Below are positions 42,540-51,904 of a DNA stretch of 64,000 nt, one piece after another. The stretch spans positions 138 to 64,137 of the forward strand of contig DYFC01000054.1 in assembly GCA_020725385.1 (NCBI GenBank), read 5' to 3'. How positions within the stretch are numbered: position 1 is the first letter of the stretch; each line of letters opens with the position of its first letter. This DNA comes from Nitrospira japonica. Its GTDB lineage: Bacteria > Nitrospirota > Thermodesulfovibrionia > Thermodesulfovibrionales > SM23-35. The notes under the pieces were generated by a model. It was given only the letters and a program-made list of their open reading frames with translations, did not search any database and was not told the origin of the DNA. A program made the translations under genes and the position numbers.

Positions 42540-43607
42540 TTATTCTCCTATCAATAAAACTTCTTCCAACTCATTTATGCTCAATACATATTTGTAGTCT
42601 TTTCGCTTTATCGCATGCACACTATGTTTATATTTTTTAAGAATATCTAAAAGTTCATCTATTGATGGAATTCCATCAGAACGATATGAAACAACAAGAA
42701 TACTGTCTCTAAACTTGCAAAATAAGTTATCAAAAGCAGAGTGTATTTTATTCTTATCCATCCAGACAGTAGGAATAGATTTAAGTTTTTTATGTTTTGA
42801 ATTATAGTCAATCGTGTTTGCCCAGTTATCATAATTAACAAGTCCCTCAAGAAAATGATAAAACTCAAGATAATCTACTCCCACCCCTTTTTTAGAAATA
42901 TAGGGCGTATCAATATATACAAGCTCATAATTTCCCTGAATATCAAAAACATCCATATTTAATGCAGTATTTTTTCTACCATTAGAAAATACAGCGTCAT
43001 TTGCTTCGCTAATAAACTTTTTAAAATGAACCTCAAACGGTGTATCCCAGGTAGCTTTATTACCAAAATCTCTTTTCACATCAGCAAATCTTAAATAAAG
43101 ATTTTTTCTGTGAAATAAATTAAAAGGTCTTTTTACAAGACATGCCTGAAATAATGCAAAATATGCTAATGCTTGTTTATATTTATCTTCAAGCAATCTA
43201 ATATTGGTCGAAATCATATCAATCCATGTATTTTCTTCATCTGTATAATAGATGTCTTTAAAAGTATCAGCTATAAATGTTGGATAGACTACTCCGTTAT
43301 GCTTTGTAAGAAGAAAAGTCATATCATCATCTGAAAGTGTAATTTCATCGTTTTCAATTAATGCAAGTCCTACATAATAGTTAAATTTCAGGATGTCATT
43401 GTATGTAACCTGCTTACCATTTTCTTTAAGTTTATATGCTACGCATCCTGTGCCTCCAAAAGCATCAAGAGCGGTACGAAAATCTAAATTCTTAATAGCC
43501 TGCCAGATCCAATCAACAATTTTCAGCTTGCTTCCCTGAAAGCGGGTTGAGGGAAAAGCAGGGGCTGGTTTAATTAAGGTCATCTGTTCTTTAGTAACAC
43601 ATTTCAT
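42540..43607 (-). CDS. DNA adenine methyltransferase (D12/Dam-like class)
   Basis: RFQGSK, DAFGGTG, ND, YIDTPY, VSY (motif I before motif IV). Confidence 0.88.
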   Translation of the reverse strand: MKCVTKEQMTLIKPAPAFPSTRFQGSKLKIVDWIWQAIKNLDFRTALDAFGGTGCVAYKLKENGKQVTYNDILKFNYYVGLALIENDEITLSDDDMTFLLTKHNGVVYPTFIADTFKDIYYTDEENTWIDMISTNIRLLEDKYKQALAYFALFQACLVKRPFNLFHRKNLYLRFADVKRDFGNKATWDTPFEVHFKKFISEANDAVFSNGRKNTALNMDVFDIQGNYELVYIDTPYISKKGVGVDYLEFYHFLEGLVNYDNWANTIDYNSKHKKLKSIPTVWMDKNKIHSAFDNLFCKFRDSILVVSYRSDGIPSIDELLDILKKYKHSVHAIKRKDYKYVLSINELEEVLLIGE

Positions 43608-43622
43608 TTCGTAATCTATTTT

Positions 43623-44678
43623 TTATCCAACTTTTCTGCCTTTTAGTTTATCAATCCAATCTTTATCAATCTTTAAGGTTAATGACCTCAAAATACCTTT
43701 AATAAATAAAGAAACGGATAATTTGCCAAAATTTCGTTCTTTTTCACTGAGAACATCTTCACCTTTTAGGATTACTTCTTCAAGTCCTGCTGGCACATCA
43801 AAATAAAATCGCCTTCTTTGTTCATCAGCAGAAAATTCAAGCCATATCGGAATATCTTGTGGTAATGGATTGCCATCATAATATATTTTACAGAGTTCTT
43901 CGTCAGAATTGGCAAACAATTCATCAGGGAATAAATCTTTGCTAAGAAAATGTAATAACACACCTGTTGATGTCATTCCGAAAAAACTTGTTTTAACTGG
44001 TAAGAGTGATTCATGAAGATTACTAAGTAAATTTCTTCTATTATTCATATCATATTTTTCCAAAAAATTATTAATGTTTGATGAATAATCTTCTAACAAA
44101 TTTTCTAAATCTCTCATAAAAGTTGAATGTTTTCCAAAACTGATAGTTTTGCGCCACGAAAGACCATCGCTTTCTAATAATTCGATATCTTTCTTTATTT
44201 CTGCCATTTGCTGATTGGTACGATAAGAAATTGTCTTTATTCCATGGGCAAAAGCTAAATTAACTGCTTGTTCTTGAAACCCATTTGCTGAGAAAAATAC
44301 TCCTAAATCAGTGTATCTATTTTGGGAGTCAATAGTATGAGAACCATCAATAAAATAGTTTTCAGAAATGTCTTTTATTACACCGATAAAAGATCGTATT
44401 TTATCTTTATTAACTTCATGGTTGTAATATTTTGCTTCTACAAGAAGTCTTAAAGGATATGTAAAGGGAATCCTCCTAGAAAAAATACAAGGTGTATCTA
44501 TTTGATGCCATGTTCCTCTACCTTTAATCTCAATTTTATATTCTCCATTGATTCTAATTCTCTCACTTTCATTGGCTGACAGAAGTGACCATCCATTCTT
44601 CTTAAGTAGATGACGGACAACGACTTCGAATATATACCCTCTTAATTGTCCTCTTTTGAACCCTTTTTCTCCTCTCAT
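43623..44678 (-). CDS. PD-(D/E)xK nuclease, Mrr-like N-terminal domain
   Basis: RGYIFE, HQID, VEAKYY, FSANGFQ..A...A..HGI. Confidence 0.72.
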   Translation of the reverse strand: MRGEKGFKRGQLRGYIFEVVVRHLLKKNGWSLLSANESERIRINGEYKIEIKGRGTWHQIDTPCIFSRRIPFTYPLRLLVEAKYYNHEVNKDKIRSFIGVIKDISENYFIDGSHTIDSQNRYTDLGVFFSANGFQEQAVNLAFAHGIKTISYRTNQQMAEIKKDIELLESDGLSWRKTISFGKHSTFMRDLENLLEDYSSNINNFLEKYDMNNRRNLLSNLHESLLPVKTSFFGMTSTGVLLHFLSKDLFPDELFANSDEELCKIYYDGNPLPQDIPIWLEFSADEQRRRFYFDVPAGLEEVILKGEDVLSEKERNFGKLSVSLFIKGILRSLTLKIDKDWIDKLKGRKVG

Positions 44679-44727
44679 ACTCAGTTCTTTATTGTCCTAT
44701 TTAAACTTTCGATAATAAAACTAAGTC

Positions 44728-45546
44728 TCATTTCTTCAACTTCTTATATTCCCTATACTCCTTTAAATTCTTATACGGAGCGCCTTTGAGGTCAACTGCC
44801 TTTGCCATATCTTTTGTCATATAATACATCCAGTAGTCATTAAAAATATCTTCCCCAAGTTCGGCGAATGGCCCCTTTCCATAAATTAATTCATCAATTT
44901 TTGTAACAGAACCTATATTTTTTGTATTGCCACTCCCCGGTCGGTCAAGGGCAATACGATATTTCTCCTGAATAAAAAATGTAAAGTCTTTAATAACAGA
45001 TGTAATGTTTTGCAGGTCATCCAACTTATATATTTTTCTCTCATCTAAATCTTTATCTGTTCTGGAATAGATTACACCAAGGACAAAATGCCCGACATAT
45101 TCGTCATAGGGAAAAGTGATATTCTTTTTACTTTTCCTGTCTCGGAAATATCCTGTAAATGCTCCTAAGGTCATACCATTTACCTCTTTCCCGTTCTTTC
45201 GATAGGTGCTTTTTAGGTCAACTGCATATTTATTATCTTTGTCATCTATAAATGTAATATCGGGGTAAAAATTCTGCTCCTTGCAAAGAACCATTTTGTA
45301 ATTATTATCTTGAGCAAATTGACAAATTTTAGGAAAAAGAAGAAGCTCCATAACCTTTGAAACAACTTTGGTGTCAAAAGAAATTGTATAAATATTTTTT
45401 GCAATATCAATAAATCCTTTAACTACCCAGTCTCCTTCTCCAGTAGAAACTGCTGCATTAAACAATTCAACATACTTGAGAAGCTGGTTTCTGAACTTCT
45501 CTTTTAGTTTTTGTTTTTCTTCTAAATTCTCCATATTTTCCTTCAA
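44728..45546 (-). CDS. Type II restriction endonuclease, EcoRV family
   Basis: DTKVVSK.MEL, QNFYPD, AVDLKSTY, TLGAFTGYFR, GSGNTKNIGS, F.DYW. Confidence 0.85.
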   Translation of the reverse strand: MKENMENLEEKQKLKEKFRNQLLKYVELFNAAVSTGEGDWVVKGFIDIAKNIYTISFDTKVVSKVMELLLFPKICQFAQDNNYKMVLCKEQNFYPDITFIDDKDNKYAVDLKSTYRKNGKEVNGMTLGAFTGYFRDRKSKKNITFPYDEYVGHFVLGVIYSRTDKDLDERKIYKLDDLQNITSVIKDFTFFIQEKYRIALDRPGSGNTKNIGSVTKIDELIYGKGPFAELGEDIFNDYWMYYMTKDMAKAVDLKGAPYKNLKEYREYKKLKK

Positions 45547-46363
45547 TTCGGTCTTTTATAAGCTGGCAATAGTTTGAATCTATCTCAATCATGATACATT
45601 TTCTATTGAGCCCTTGCGCAACATATCCTGTTGTACCAGAGCCAGCAAAGGGATCAAGAATCAAATCGCATTCATTGCTTCCAGCCAGTATCACATATTC
45701 CAAAACAATCGTTTGTTTTGTAGCAGGGTGGCGAAAAGGATTTTTCTCGGCCCAGTATTCCCAGATATTTTTCATCTGAATCCCACCATTTAATTCCTTC
45801 ATAACTTTGTAATTAAATTTTGTCCTTCCTTTTGTATTCTTTTTTGCCCATAACATAGTCTCGGTAACAGCCCTGAAGCATGAACCTTTAAAATTAGGTG
45901 GAGCATTTCTTTTATGAAGAATTATATCATTAAGTATCTTGAAACCTAAGTCTTGAAGAACAACATTTATTACCCCTATACTGTGGTATGTCCCTGTAAC
46001 CCAGATTGTAGCTCCTTCTTTAAGAATACGCTGGGCTTCTTTTAGCCAGCTATAATGAAATTCAAACTGATAATTAAGGGATTTAGAATAAGCCCATTGA
46101 GCCTTCTGAGTATCGAATGAATCAGCATGACCATCGTTGCGCTTTATAACCAGTCCTGATTGATTTCCAAAGTAGGGAGGATCGGCAAAAATAAGATCTA
46201 TATACTTATCAGGGACCCTTTTTAATAAATTTAATGCATCACCGTTGTAAAGTGCTATCTTTCTTTTGTCATCATAAAAGTAAGGTTTTATGGCCTCATA
46301 CTTACCATAAGAAGTTTTTTCCTCTGCACAAATAAAACCCGTAGTTTCGAACTGTTCGATCAT
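45467..46363 (-). CDS. N6A/N4C DNA methyltransferase (beta class)
   Basis: IFADPPY ... HPATK ... LDPFAGSGTT (motif IV before motif I). Confidence 0.9.
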   Translation of the reverse strand: MIEQFETTGFICAEEKTSYGKYEAIKPYFYDDKRKIALYNGDALNLLKRVPDKYIDLIFADPPYFGNQSGLVIKRNDGHADSFDTQKAQWAYSKSLNYQFEFHYSWLKEAQRILKEGATIWVTGTYHSIGVINVVLQDLGFKILNDIILHKRNAPPNFKGSCFRAVTETMLWAKKNTKGRTKFNYKVMKELNGGIQMKNIWEYWAEKNPFRHPATKQTIVLEYVILAGSNECDLILDPFAGSGTTGYVAQGLNRKCIMIEIDSNYCQLIKDRIEGKYGEFRRKTKTKREVQKPASQVC

Positions 46364-46411
46364 TGTGTTTCCTTCATCATCTATCTAATTTCCACCCTTG
46401 ATTTATTTATC

Positions 46412-46585
46412 CTATATCTTTCCACTTCTAAACAACTCCTGGATTTCTATTGTTTTTTTAGGTAAAGATTTTCTTAATTTGTTGCCATAATAAAGCCACT
46501 TGAGTTTTCTTTCTATAGGCCATTTACGGTATTCATCCAACTGCTCTTCACTCACAAAATATGTAAATCCTCCCTTTTTCTCCAT
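46412..46585 (-). CDS. Small protein (57 aa), partner of nucleotidyltransferase; not in ORF track
   Basis: MEKKGGFTYFVSEEQLDEYRKWPIERKLKWL...FRSGKI; TAATG overlap with upstream gene. Confidence 0.7.
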   Translation of the reverse strand: MEKKGGFTYFVSEEQLDEYRKWPIERKLKWLYYGNKLRKSLPKKTIEIQELFRSGKI

Positions 46586-47076
46586 TATCTCTCCAGTATC
46601 TTTTTCAGGTATTCTACATCTGAAATATCCTGTTTGCGTCCTGAATGTTGTTTAAGTGTTATGAGATCATGTATTGAGATAGTTGGAATTCCTATCCCCT
46701 CAATCTCGAATATAACGGCTCTGCTCTTTAAGTCACTATAAGGAATCGGAGAATGAAAAACAATATCGATTTCTCCAATTGGTAATTTATCATTGTAAAA
46801 GCTTAATGCTCTCATTTCTTTTTCAAGCGTCCACTTTTCTCTTATTTCTTTATCAGCAATTTCTATTGGATTAACCGGAACTTTCGGACGATAGCCTAAA
46901 TCATTTAGTTTATTAATTAATCTATTTACATTTTCGCTTTCAAGCAATATCATAAGATCAATATCATAAGTCATTCTTGGAATACCGTGAAAATTTACTG
47001 CTAAACCTCCAACAACAAGATAATCTATTTTGAGTTCATTAAATGTTTTGAATATATTTTTAAAATCCATTTCCAT
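46585..47076 (-). CDS. Nucleotidyltransferase (DUF6036/AbiEii-like)
   Basis: YLVVGGLAV..HG.PR.T.DID ... LITLK...GRKQD..DV..L. Confidence 0.82.
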   Translation of the reverse strand: MEMDFKNIFKTFNELKIDYLVVGGLAVNFHGIPRMTYDIDLMILLESENVNRLINKLNDLGYRPKVPVNPIEIADKEIREKWTLEKEMRALSFYNDKLPIGEIDIVFHSPIPYSDLKSRAVIFEIEGIGIPTISIHDLITLKQHSGRKQDISDVEYLKKILER

Positions 47077-48293
47077 TATTTATAACTCTCGATCATTTCT
47101 TTAAATCTTTTAAAAATATGCGCTGAATCATTTGGGCCCGGACCAGCTTCAGGATGATGCTGAACCGAGAAAATTGGCAGCTCAACGTGCTGCATACCTT
47201 CTTCAGTCCCGTCATAAAGATTCTTATGGGTAAGCCTTACCTGACCTTTAAGGCTATTTATATCAACACAATAGTTATGATTTTGAGAAGTAATCTCAAC
47301 CCTCCCGGTTGTTAAATCTTTTACAGGATGGTTTCCTCCATGATGTCCGAACTTAAGCTTATAAGTTGTTCCACCCATTGAAAGTCCAAGAATCTGATGG
47401 CCGAGACATATACCAAAAATAGGTTTTTTCCCCATCAATCTTTTTGTGTTCTCAATGCCATATGTAACAGTTTGGGGGTCACCTGGCCCGTTACTAAGAA
47501 CTATTCCATCGGGATTCATGTCAAGAACTTCTTCAGCAGGTGTTTGTGCTGGTATAACCGTAACTTCAAAACCTGCTTCAACAAGATTCCGAAGAATATT
47601 GAATTTTACTCCAAAATCATAGACAGCAATCCTAATCCCCCTCAGCCCCCCTTTACCAAAGGGGGGTAAGGGGGGATTTTTCTGACTTTCTAAATTCTGC
47701 TTTCTGACTTCAGTTTGAGTAGGTTCCCATTTCCAGCAACCTTTGTTCCATTCATATTTTTCTTTTGTTGTTACATCCTTCACAAGATCAAAAGCAGAAA
47801 TTCCAGGATGTGCTCTGACTTTTTCCAAAAGACTTACAGGATTCAGGTCAACAGTTGAAATAATACCCATCTGTGCTCCGTAGTTTCTTAAATGTCTTGT
47901 CAAAGCACGCGTGTCAATGCCTTCTATTCCAACTATCCCATATTCTTTTAAATAATCTCCTAATGAGTTTGTTAATTTTGAATCTTGAATTTTGAATTTT
48001 GAATTTTCAGCCCTCCAGTTGCTCGGAAAATCAATATATTCTTTTACAACAAATCCTTCCACTTTTGGACCACCAAACGACTCTAAGTCTTCATCATTTA
48101 TTCCATAATTTCCAATTTGTGAATATGTCATTACAACAATTTGTCCTTTATAAGAAGGATCTGTAAGTATTTCTTGATAACCTGTCATTGATGTATTGAA
48201 AACAACCTCTCCTATGGTTTCTCCTTCAGCACCAAAATTTTCCCCTTCAAATACAACTCCATCAGAAAGCACAAGAAATGCCTTACCACTCAT
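47076..48293 (-). CDS. carA: Carbamoyl-phosphate synthase small subunit (with repeat-derived insertions)
   Basis: GEVVFNT.MTGYQE, SNGPGDP, GICLGHQ, HPEA; real start MSGKAFLVL at 48293. Confidence 0.96.
   Translation of the reverse strand: MSGKAFLVLSDGVVFEGENFGAEGETIGEVVFNTSMTGYQEILTDPSYKGQIVVMTYSQIGNYGINDEDLESFGGPKVEGFVVKEYIDFPSNWRAENSKFKIQDSKLTNSLGDYLKEYGIVGIEGIDTRALTRHLRNYGAQMGIISTVDLNPVSLLEKVRAHPGISAFDLVKDVTTKEKYEWNKGCWKWEPTQTEVRKQNLESQKNPPLPPFGKGGLRGIRIAVYDFGVKFNILRNLVEAGFEVTVIPAQTPAEEVLDMNPDGIVLSNGPGDPQTVTYGIENTKRLMGKKPIFGICLGHQILGLSMGGTTYKLKFGHHGGNHPVKDLTTGRVEITSQNHNYCVDINSLKGQVRLTHKNLYDGTEEGMQHVELPIFSVQHHPEAGPGPNDSAHIFKRFKEMIESYK
47634..47711 (-). repeat. GC-rich palindrome plus GAAGTCA-type heptamers in frame inside carA
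   Basis: AATCCCCCtcagCCCCCCTTT-acc-AAAGGGGGGtaagGGGGGATT (47634-47678) encoding NPPLPPFGKGGLRGI; upstream in the gene gaagtca gaaagca gaattta gaaagtca. Confidence 0.85.
47971..48005 (-). repeat. In-frame heptamer array inside carA
   Basis: Coding strand aattcaa aattcaa aattcaa gattcaa aattaac (NSKFKIQDSKLT). Confidence 0.85.
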
Positions 48294-49578
48294 AAATTTT
48301 TCCTTTATAAATCGTAAAAACAGGGCAACCCCTAAGTGCCCAGCCATCAAAAGGCGTGTTTTTCCCCTTTGATACAAAATCCTCTGCCTTAACTATATAT
48401 TCTTTACTTTCATTTATAATCACGATATTTGCAAAAGAACCTGGTTTAAGATTTCCTTCGTTTAGCCCGAGAATTTTTGCCGGATTAACCGTCATTTTTT
48501 CTATAAGAGCTTTTTTTGTAAGAACATCTTCCTGAACCAACTTCAGACTTAATCCAAGTGCTGTTTCAAGTCCTGAAATTCCAAAAGGAGCAGAATCAAA
48601 AGGGTTCAGCTTTTCATCAATATGATGAGGAGCATGGTCTGTTGCAATAACATCAATAGTACCATCTTTTAAACCTTCTTTTATGGCTTCAATATCATAA
48701 AGGGTTCTTAAGGGTGGATTAACTTTTGCGTTTGTATTATATCCCTGAACCATATCTTCAGTAATACTGAAATAATGTGGACATGTCTCAGAGGTGATAT
48801 TTACACCGCGCTTTTTGGCTTCCCTGATTAATTTGACAGAACCTGAAGTAGAAACATGGGCAATATGAAGTCTTCCACCTGTTGATTCTGCAAGTAGAAT
48901 ATCCCTGAAAATCATAATTTGTTCTGCTTCAGGTGGAATTCCTCTTAACCCGAGTTTGACGGATAAAAGTCCTTCATTCATTACACCACCTTCAGATAGA
49001 GTCAAATCCTCACTATGGGAAATAATCGGCACATTAAATGTTTTTGAATATTCAAGGGCTCTTTTCATTACAGTGCTATTTATAACAGGTCTTCCATCAT
49101 CAGAAAATGCAACGCAGCCTTCATTTTTCATTGTTCCTATTTCTGCAAGCTCATCACCTTTCTGGCCTTTGGTTATAGCGCCTATAGGATAAACTGAGCA
49201 AAAACCTTCCTGTTTGGCTTTTCTTATAATAAATTCGGTTACACTTTCATGATCATTAACAGGATTTGTATTAGGCATGCAACATACAGTTGTGAATCCT
49301 CCTTTTATTGCTGCAAATGTCCCTGTTTTAATGGTTTCTTTATATTCAAATCCAGGCTCTCTTAAATGGACATGCATATCAATAAGCCCGGGTATCACTA
49401 AAAAACCGTTAGCATCAATGATTCTATCAACATGGATATTTTCTTTATGTTTCTGACGATGTTCTTTACTTTTTATAATTACTTCCTTGATTTTTTGGTC
49501 TTCAATTAATATATCTCCCTTACAATCTATATTTTGCGAGGGATCAAGAATATAACCGTCCTTAATTAATATCTTCAT
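48283..49578 (-). CDS. pyrC: Dihydroorotase
   Basis: [21 protein letters not shown]. Confidence 0.96.
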   Translation of the reverse strand: MKILIKDGYILDPSQNIDCKGDILIEDQKIKEVIIKSKEHRQKHKENIHVDRIIDANGFLVIPGLIDMHVHLREPGFEYKETIKTGTFAAIKGGFTTVCCMPNTNPVNDHESVTEFIIRKAKQEGFCSVYPIGAITKGQKGDELAEIGTMKNEGCVAFSDDGRPVINSTVMKRALEYSKTFNVPIISHSEDLTLSEGGVMNEGLLSVKLGLRGIPPEAEQIMIFRDILLAESTGGRLHIAHVSTSGSVKLIREAKKRGVNITSETCPHYFSITEDMVQGYNTNAKVNPPLRTLYDIEAIKEGLKDGTIDVIATDHAPHHIDEKLNPFDSAPFGISGLETALGLSLKLVQEDVLTKKALIEKMTVNPAKILGLNEGNLKPGSFANIVIINESKEYIVKAEDFVSKGKNTPFDGWALRGCPVFTIYKGKIYEW

Positions 49579-50495
49579 TTTCGACTCCCTGCAAGCAAAT
49601 ACATAACAGCCATTCTTATTGCTATGCCATTTGTAACCTGCTCGAGTATGACCGAACTCGGTCCATCTGCGACTTCAGATGTGATTTCAATTCCTCTATT
49701 CATTGGTCCTGGATGCATAACTATAGCATCTTTTTTTGCAAAGGATAATCTTTTAGATGTTAAACACCAGTTCCTGACATATTCTTCTGTGGTGGGAAAA
49801 AATCCTTTGTCCTGCCTCTCCATCTGGATTCTAAGCATCATTATGACATCCACATTCTGAAGCCCTTCTTCCATAGCGTGAAAAACTTCCACACCTAATT
49901 TTTCAATATTCTTAGGTATTAATGTAGGAGGTCCGATAAGTCTTACTTCTGCACCTAATTTTGTAAGACTGTAAATATTAGACTTAGCTACCCTACTGTG
50001 CGCAATATCGCCGACTATTGCTATTTTCAGGTTTTTGAAATCACCTTTTTTTTCTCTGATTGTAAAGGCATCAAGCAGAGCCTGTGTTGGATGTTCATTT
50101 ATTCCGTCTCCTGCATTTATTATTGATGCTTTAAGTTTGCCTGAAAGAAGATGAGGAACTCCCGAGGATGAATGTCTGATAATGATGAAATCTGCTCCAA
50201 GAGCCTGAACAGTCATTGCTGTATCAATCAGGCTTTCACCTTTAACCACGCTGCTTGTCGGCACTGAAAAATTTATTACGTCTGTGCTGAGCCTTTTTGC
50301 TGCAAGTTCAAATGATGTTCTTGTTCTTGTAGAAGGCTCAAAAAAAAGATTAACTGTGGTTTTACCCCTAAGGGCGGGAACTTTCTTTATATCCCTGCTG
50401 ATTACGTCTCTAAAACCCGCTGCTGTATCGAGCACAAGGATAATCTCCTCGGCAGAAAGTTCCTTGATCCCGAGAAGATCTTTACTTTTAAGCAT
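49575..50495 (-). CDS. pyrB: Aspartate carbamoyltransferase catalytic subunit
   Basis: [23 protein letters not shown]. Confidence 0.97.
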   Translation of the reverse strand: MLKSKDLLGIKELSAEEIILVLDTAAGFRDVISRDIKKVPALRGKTTVNLFFEPSTRTRTSFELAAKRLSTDVINFSVPTSSVVKGESLIDTAMTVQALGADFIIIRHSSSGVPHLLSGKLKASIINAGDGINEHPTQALLDAFTIREKKGDFKNLKIAIVGDIAHSRVAKSNIYSLTKLGAEVRLIGPPTLIPKNIEKLGVEVFHAMEEGLQNVDVIMMLRIQMERQDKGFFPTTEEYVRNWCLTSKRLSFAKKDAIVMHPGPMNRGIEITSEVADGPSSVILEQVTNGIAIRMAVMYLLAGSRK

Positions 50496-51039
50496 CAAAA
50501 TCTCCTTTTTGAAGAATTACCTTATCTTCTCCACTCTCTTCTGCAAATTGAACTACAACAGTCTCGGAACGGGAAGTAGGGATATTCTTTCCAGCATAAT
50601 CAGCTTTTATAGGTAATTCACGATGACCCCTGTCAACAAGGACAGCAAGTTGTATCGAAGAAGGTCTTCCTATGTCCATTAAAGCATCCATCGCAGCTCT
50701 TATTGACCTTCCTGTAAATAGAACATCGTCAACAAGAACGATTTTCATGTCTGTTATCTCAAAATTTATTTCAGTTTTTCTGACCACAGGTTGTTCTTTT
50801 CGGATATTTAAATCGTCTCTATAAAACGCTATATCAAGAGAACCAACTGGTAAAATATTTTTCTCAATGTTTCTTATTTTTTCAGCAAGTCTGTTTGCGA
50901 GATAAACTCCTCCTCTTTGTATTCCAATAAGGCAGAGTTTTTCTATGCCCTTATTTCTTTCGACTATTTCGTGAGCCATTCTTGTTATAGCCCTATCAAT
51001 ATCCTCTTTGTTTAGTAATTCTTTATACATAGCGGTCAC
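50488..51039 (-). CDS. pyrR: Pyrimidine operon attenuation protein / UPRT
   Basis: [28 protein letters not shown]. Confidence 0.96.
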   Translation of the reverse strand: MTAMYKELLNKEDIDRAITRMAHEIVERNKGIEKLCLIGIQRGGVYLANRLAEKIRNIEKNILPVGSLDIAFYRDDLNIRKEQPVVRKTEINFEITDMKIVLVDDVLFTGRSIRAAMDALMDIGRPSSIQLAVLVDRGHRELPIKADYAGKNIPTSRSETVVVQFAEESGEDKVILQKGDFDA

Positions 51040-51115
51040 CTTTTGTAATGTAAAGCTTAAAGTGTCAATTCGTAATTATCTGGCTTAGAATCGGTATATT
51101 GCCTTAAAAAGACAT

Positions 51116-51148
51116 AAAAAAACCTTCCTCTTGAAAAGATGGAAGGTT
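51116..51148 (-). terminator. Attenuator terminator of pyr leader
   Basis: AACCTTCC-atcttttcaaga-GGAAGGTT followed by U-run on minus strand. Confidence 0.8.
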
Positions 51149-51183
51149 ATGTTTTCATATTTACAGCTCAATCTATCTCCTTT

Positions 51184-51216
51184 ACCTTTTCAGTCTCACA
51201 GGACTAATTTAAAGGT
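51184..51216 (-). promoter_or_regulatory. PyrR-binding RNA leader element
   Basis: ACCUUUAAauuAGUCCUGUGAGACUGAAAAGGU matches the PyrR binding loop consensus; TTGACA upstream at 51246-51251. Confidence 0.88.
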
Positions 51217-51367
51217 GATTTATTTAAACATATAGATAGATGGGTTGTCAAATTATCTCTTCCTCCTTCCTTTATTAAATAAATTTATCAATTTGATGTA
51301 AGAAATTCGTCAGTTTAATGTAGTAGGAAACTCCGGATAGTCTGGAAAAAAATTTTCTACATTTATG

Positions 51368-51721
51368 CTATTCAACATTTAATTCTTTTTTTAACCATTT
51401 TTTAAGTTCTCCTTCAGGCGCATACACTCCATTAAAATGATAGAATTTATGCTGAAATTTTTCTGGTACTTCAATCTTTGCAATATCTACTGCCTGATGC
51501 GGGGATAATTGTATCAAATTTAAAAAACAAGGTTTTGAAGCACAATTCAAAATAAAATAAACAGAATAATCATTTTTAGAACGGATTAAGTAACCCCTGT
51601 TAATATCAGACCATACATTTCCCCATTCAAGATGAAGCCTTACAGCCATTTCAGGTGTCATCTCCCAATCAATAGAATTTATTAACTGCCTGTCTTTTTT
51701 TAATTCTTCAAGTGTAAGCAT
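51368..51721 (-). CDS. DVU0772-like conserved protein of anaerobes
   Basis: IDWEMTPE.AV.L.LEWGN motif; C-terminal KKWLKKEL; GGAGG RBS. Confidence 0.65.
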   Translation of the reverse strand: MLTLEELKKDRQLINSIDWEMTPEMAVRLHLEWGNVWSDINRGYLIRSKNDYSVYFILNCASKPCFLNLIQLSPHQAVDIAKIEVPEKFQHKFYHFNGVYAPEGELKKWLKKELNVE

Positions 51722-51904
51722 ATAACCCTCCTTTTCAATTAATTTATATAAATATATTATTAATTATATTATTTAAGAAAATAAATTTCAAGTGAATTTT
51801 AAGTAGATTGGATAACAATAAAATAAGGATTGGAATTGAAAGTAGTATCATGTGATATAATTTTAATAAATTATATTATTTAATCGTCCGGTATAAGGTT
51901 AATT

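Noticed and set aside
44728-45546. Assigning GATATC specificity to the EcoRV-like enzyme
   Set aside because: Family similarity does not fix the site; GATATC occurs at 6720, 44184, 52718 and 61519, and depletion cannot be judged without counting
48294-48377. N-terminal extensions given by the ORF track for carA (also DUF3108-like gene and the B12 rSAM)
   Set aside because: They overlap neighbouring genes; homology and RBS context fit the downstream ATGs
51722-51904. RiPP precursor upstream of the radical SAM pair
   Set aside because: Very AT-rich spacer with no plausible ORF or RBS
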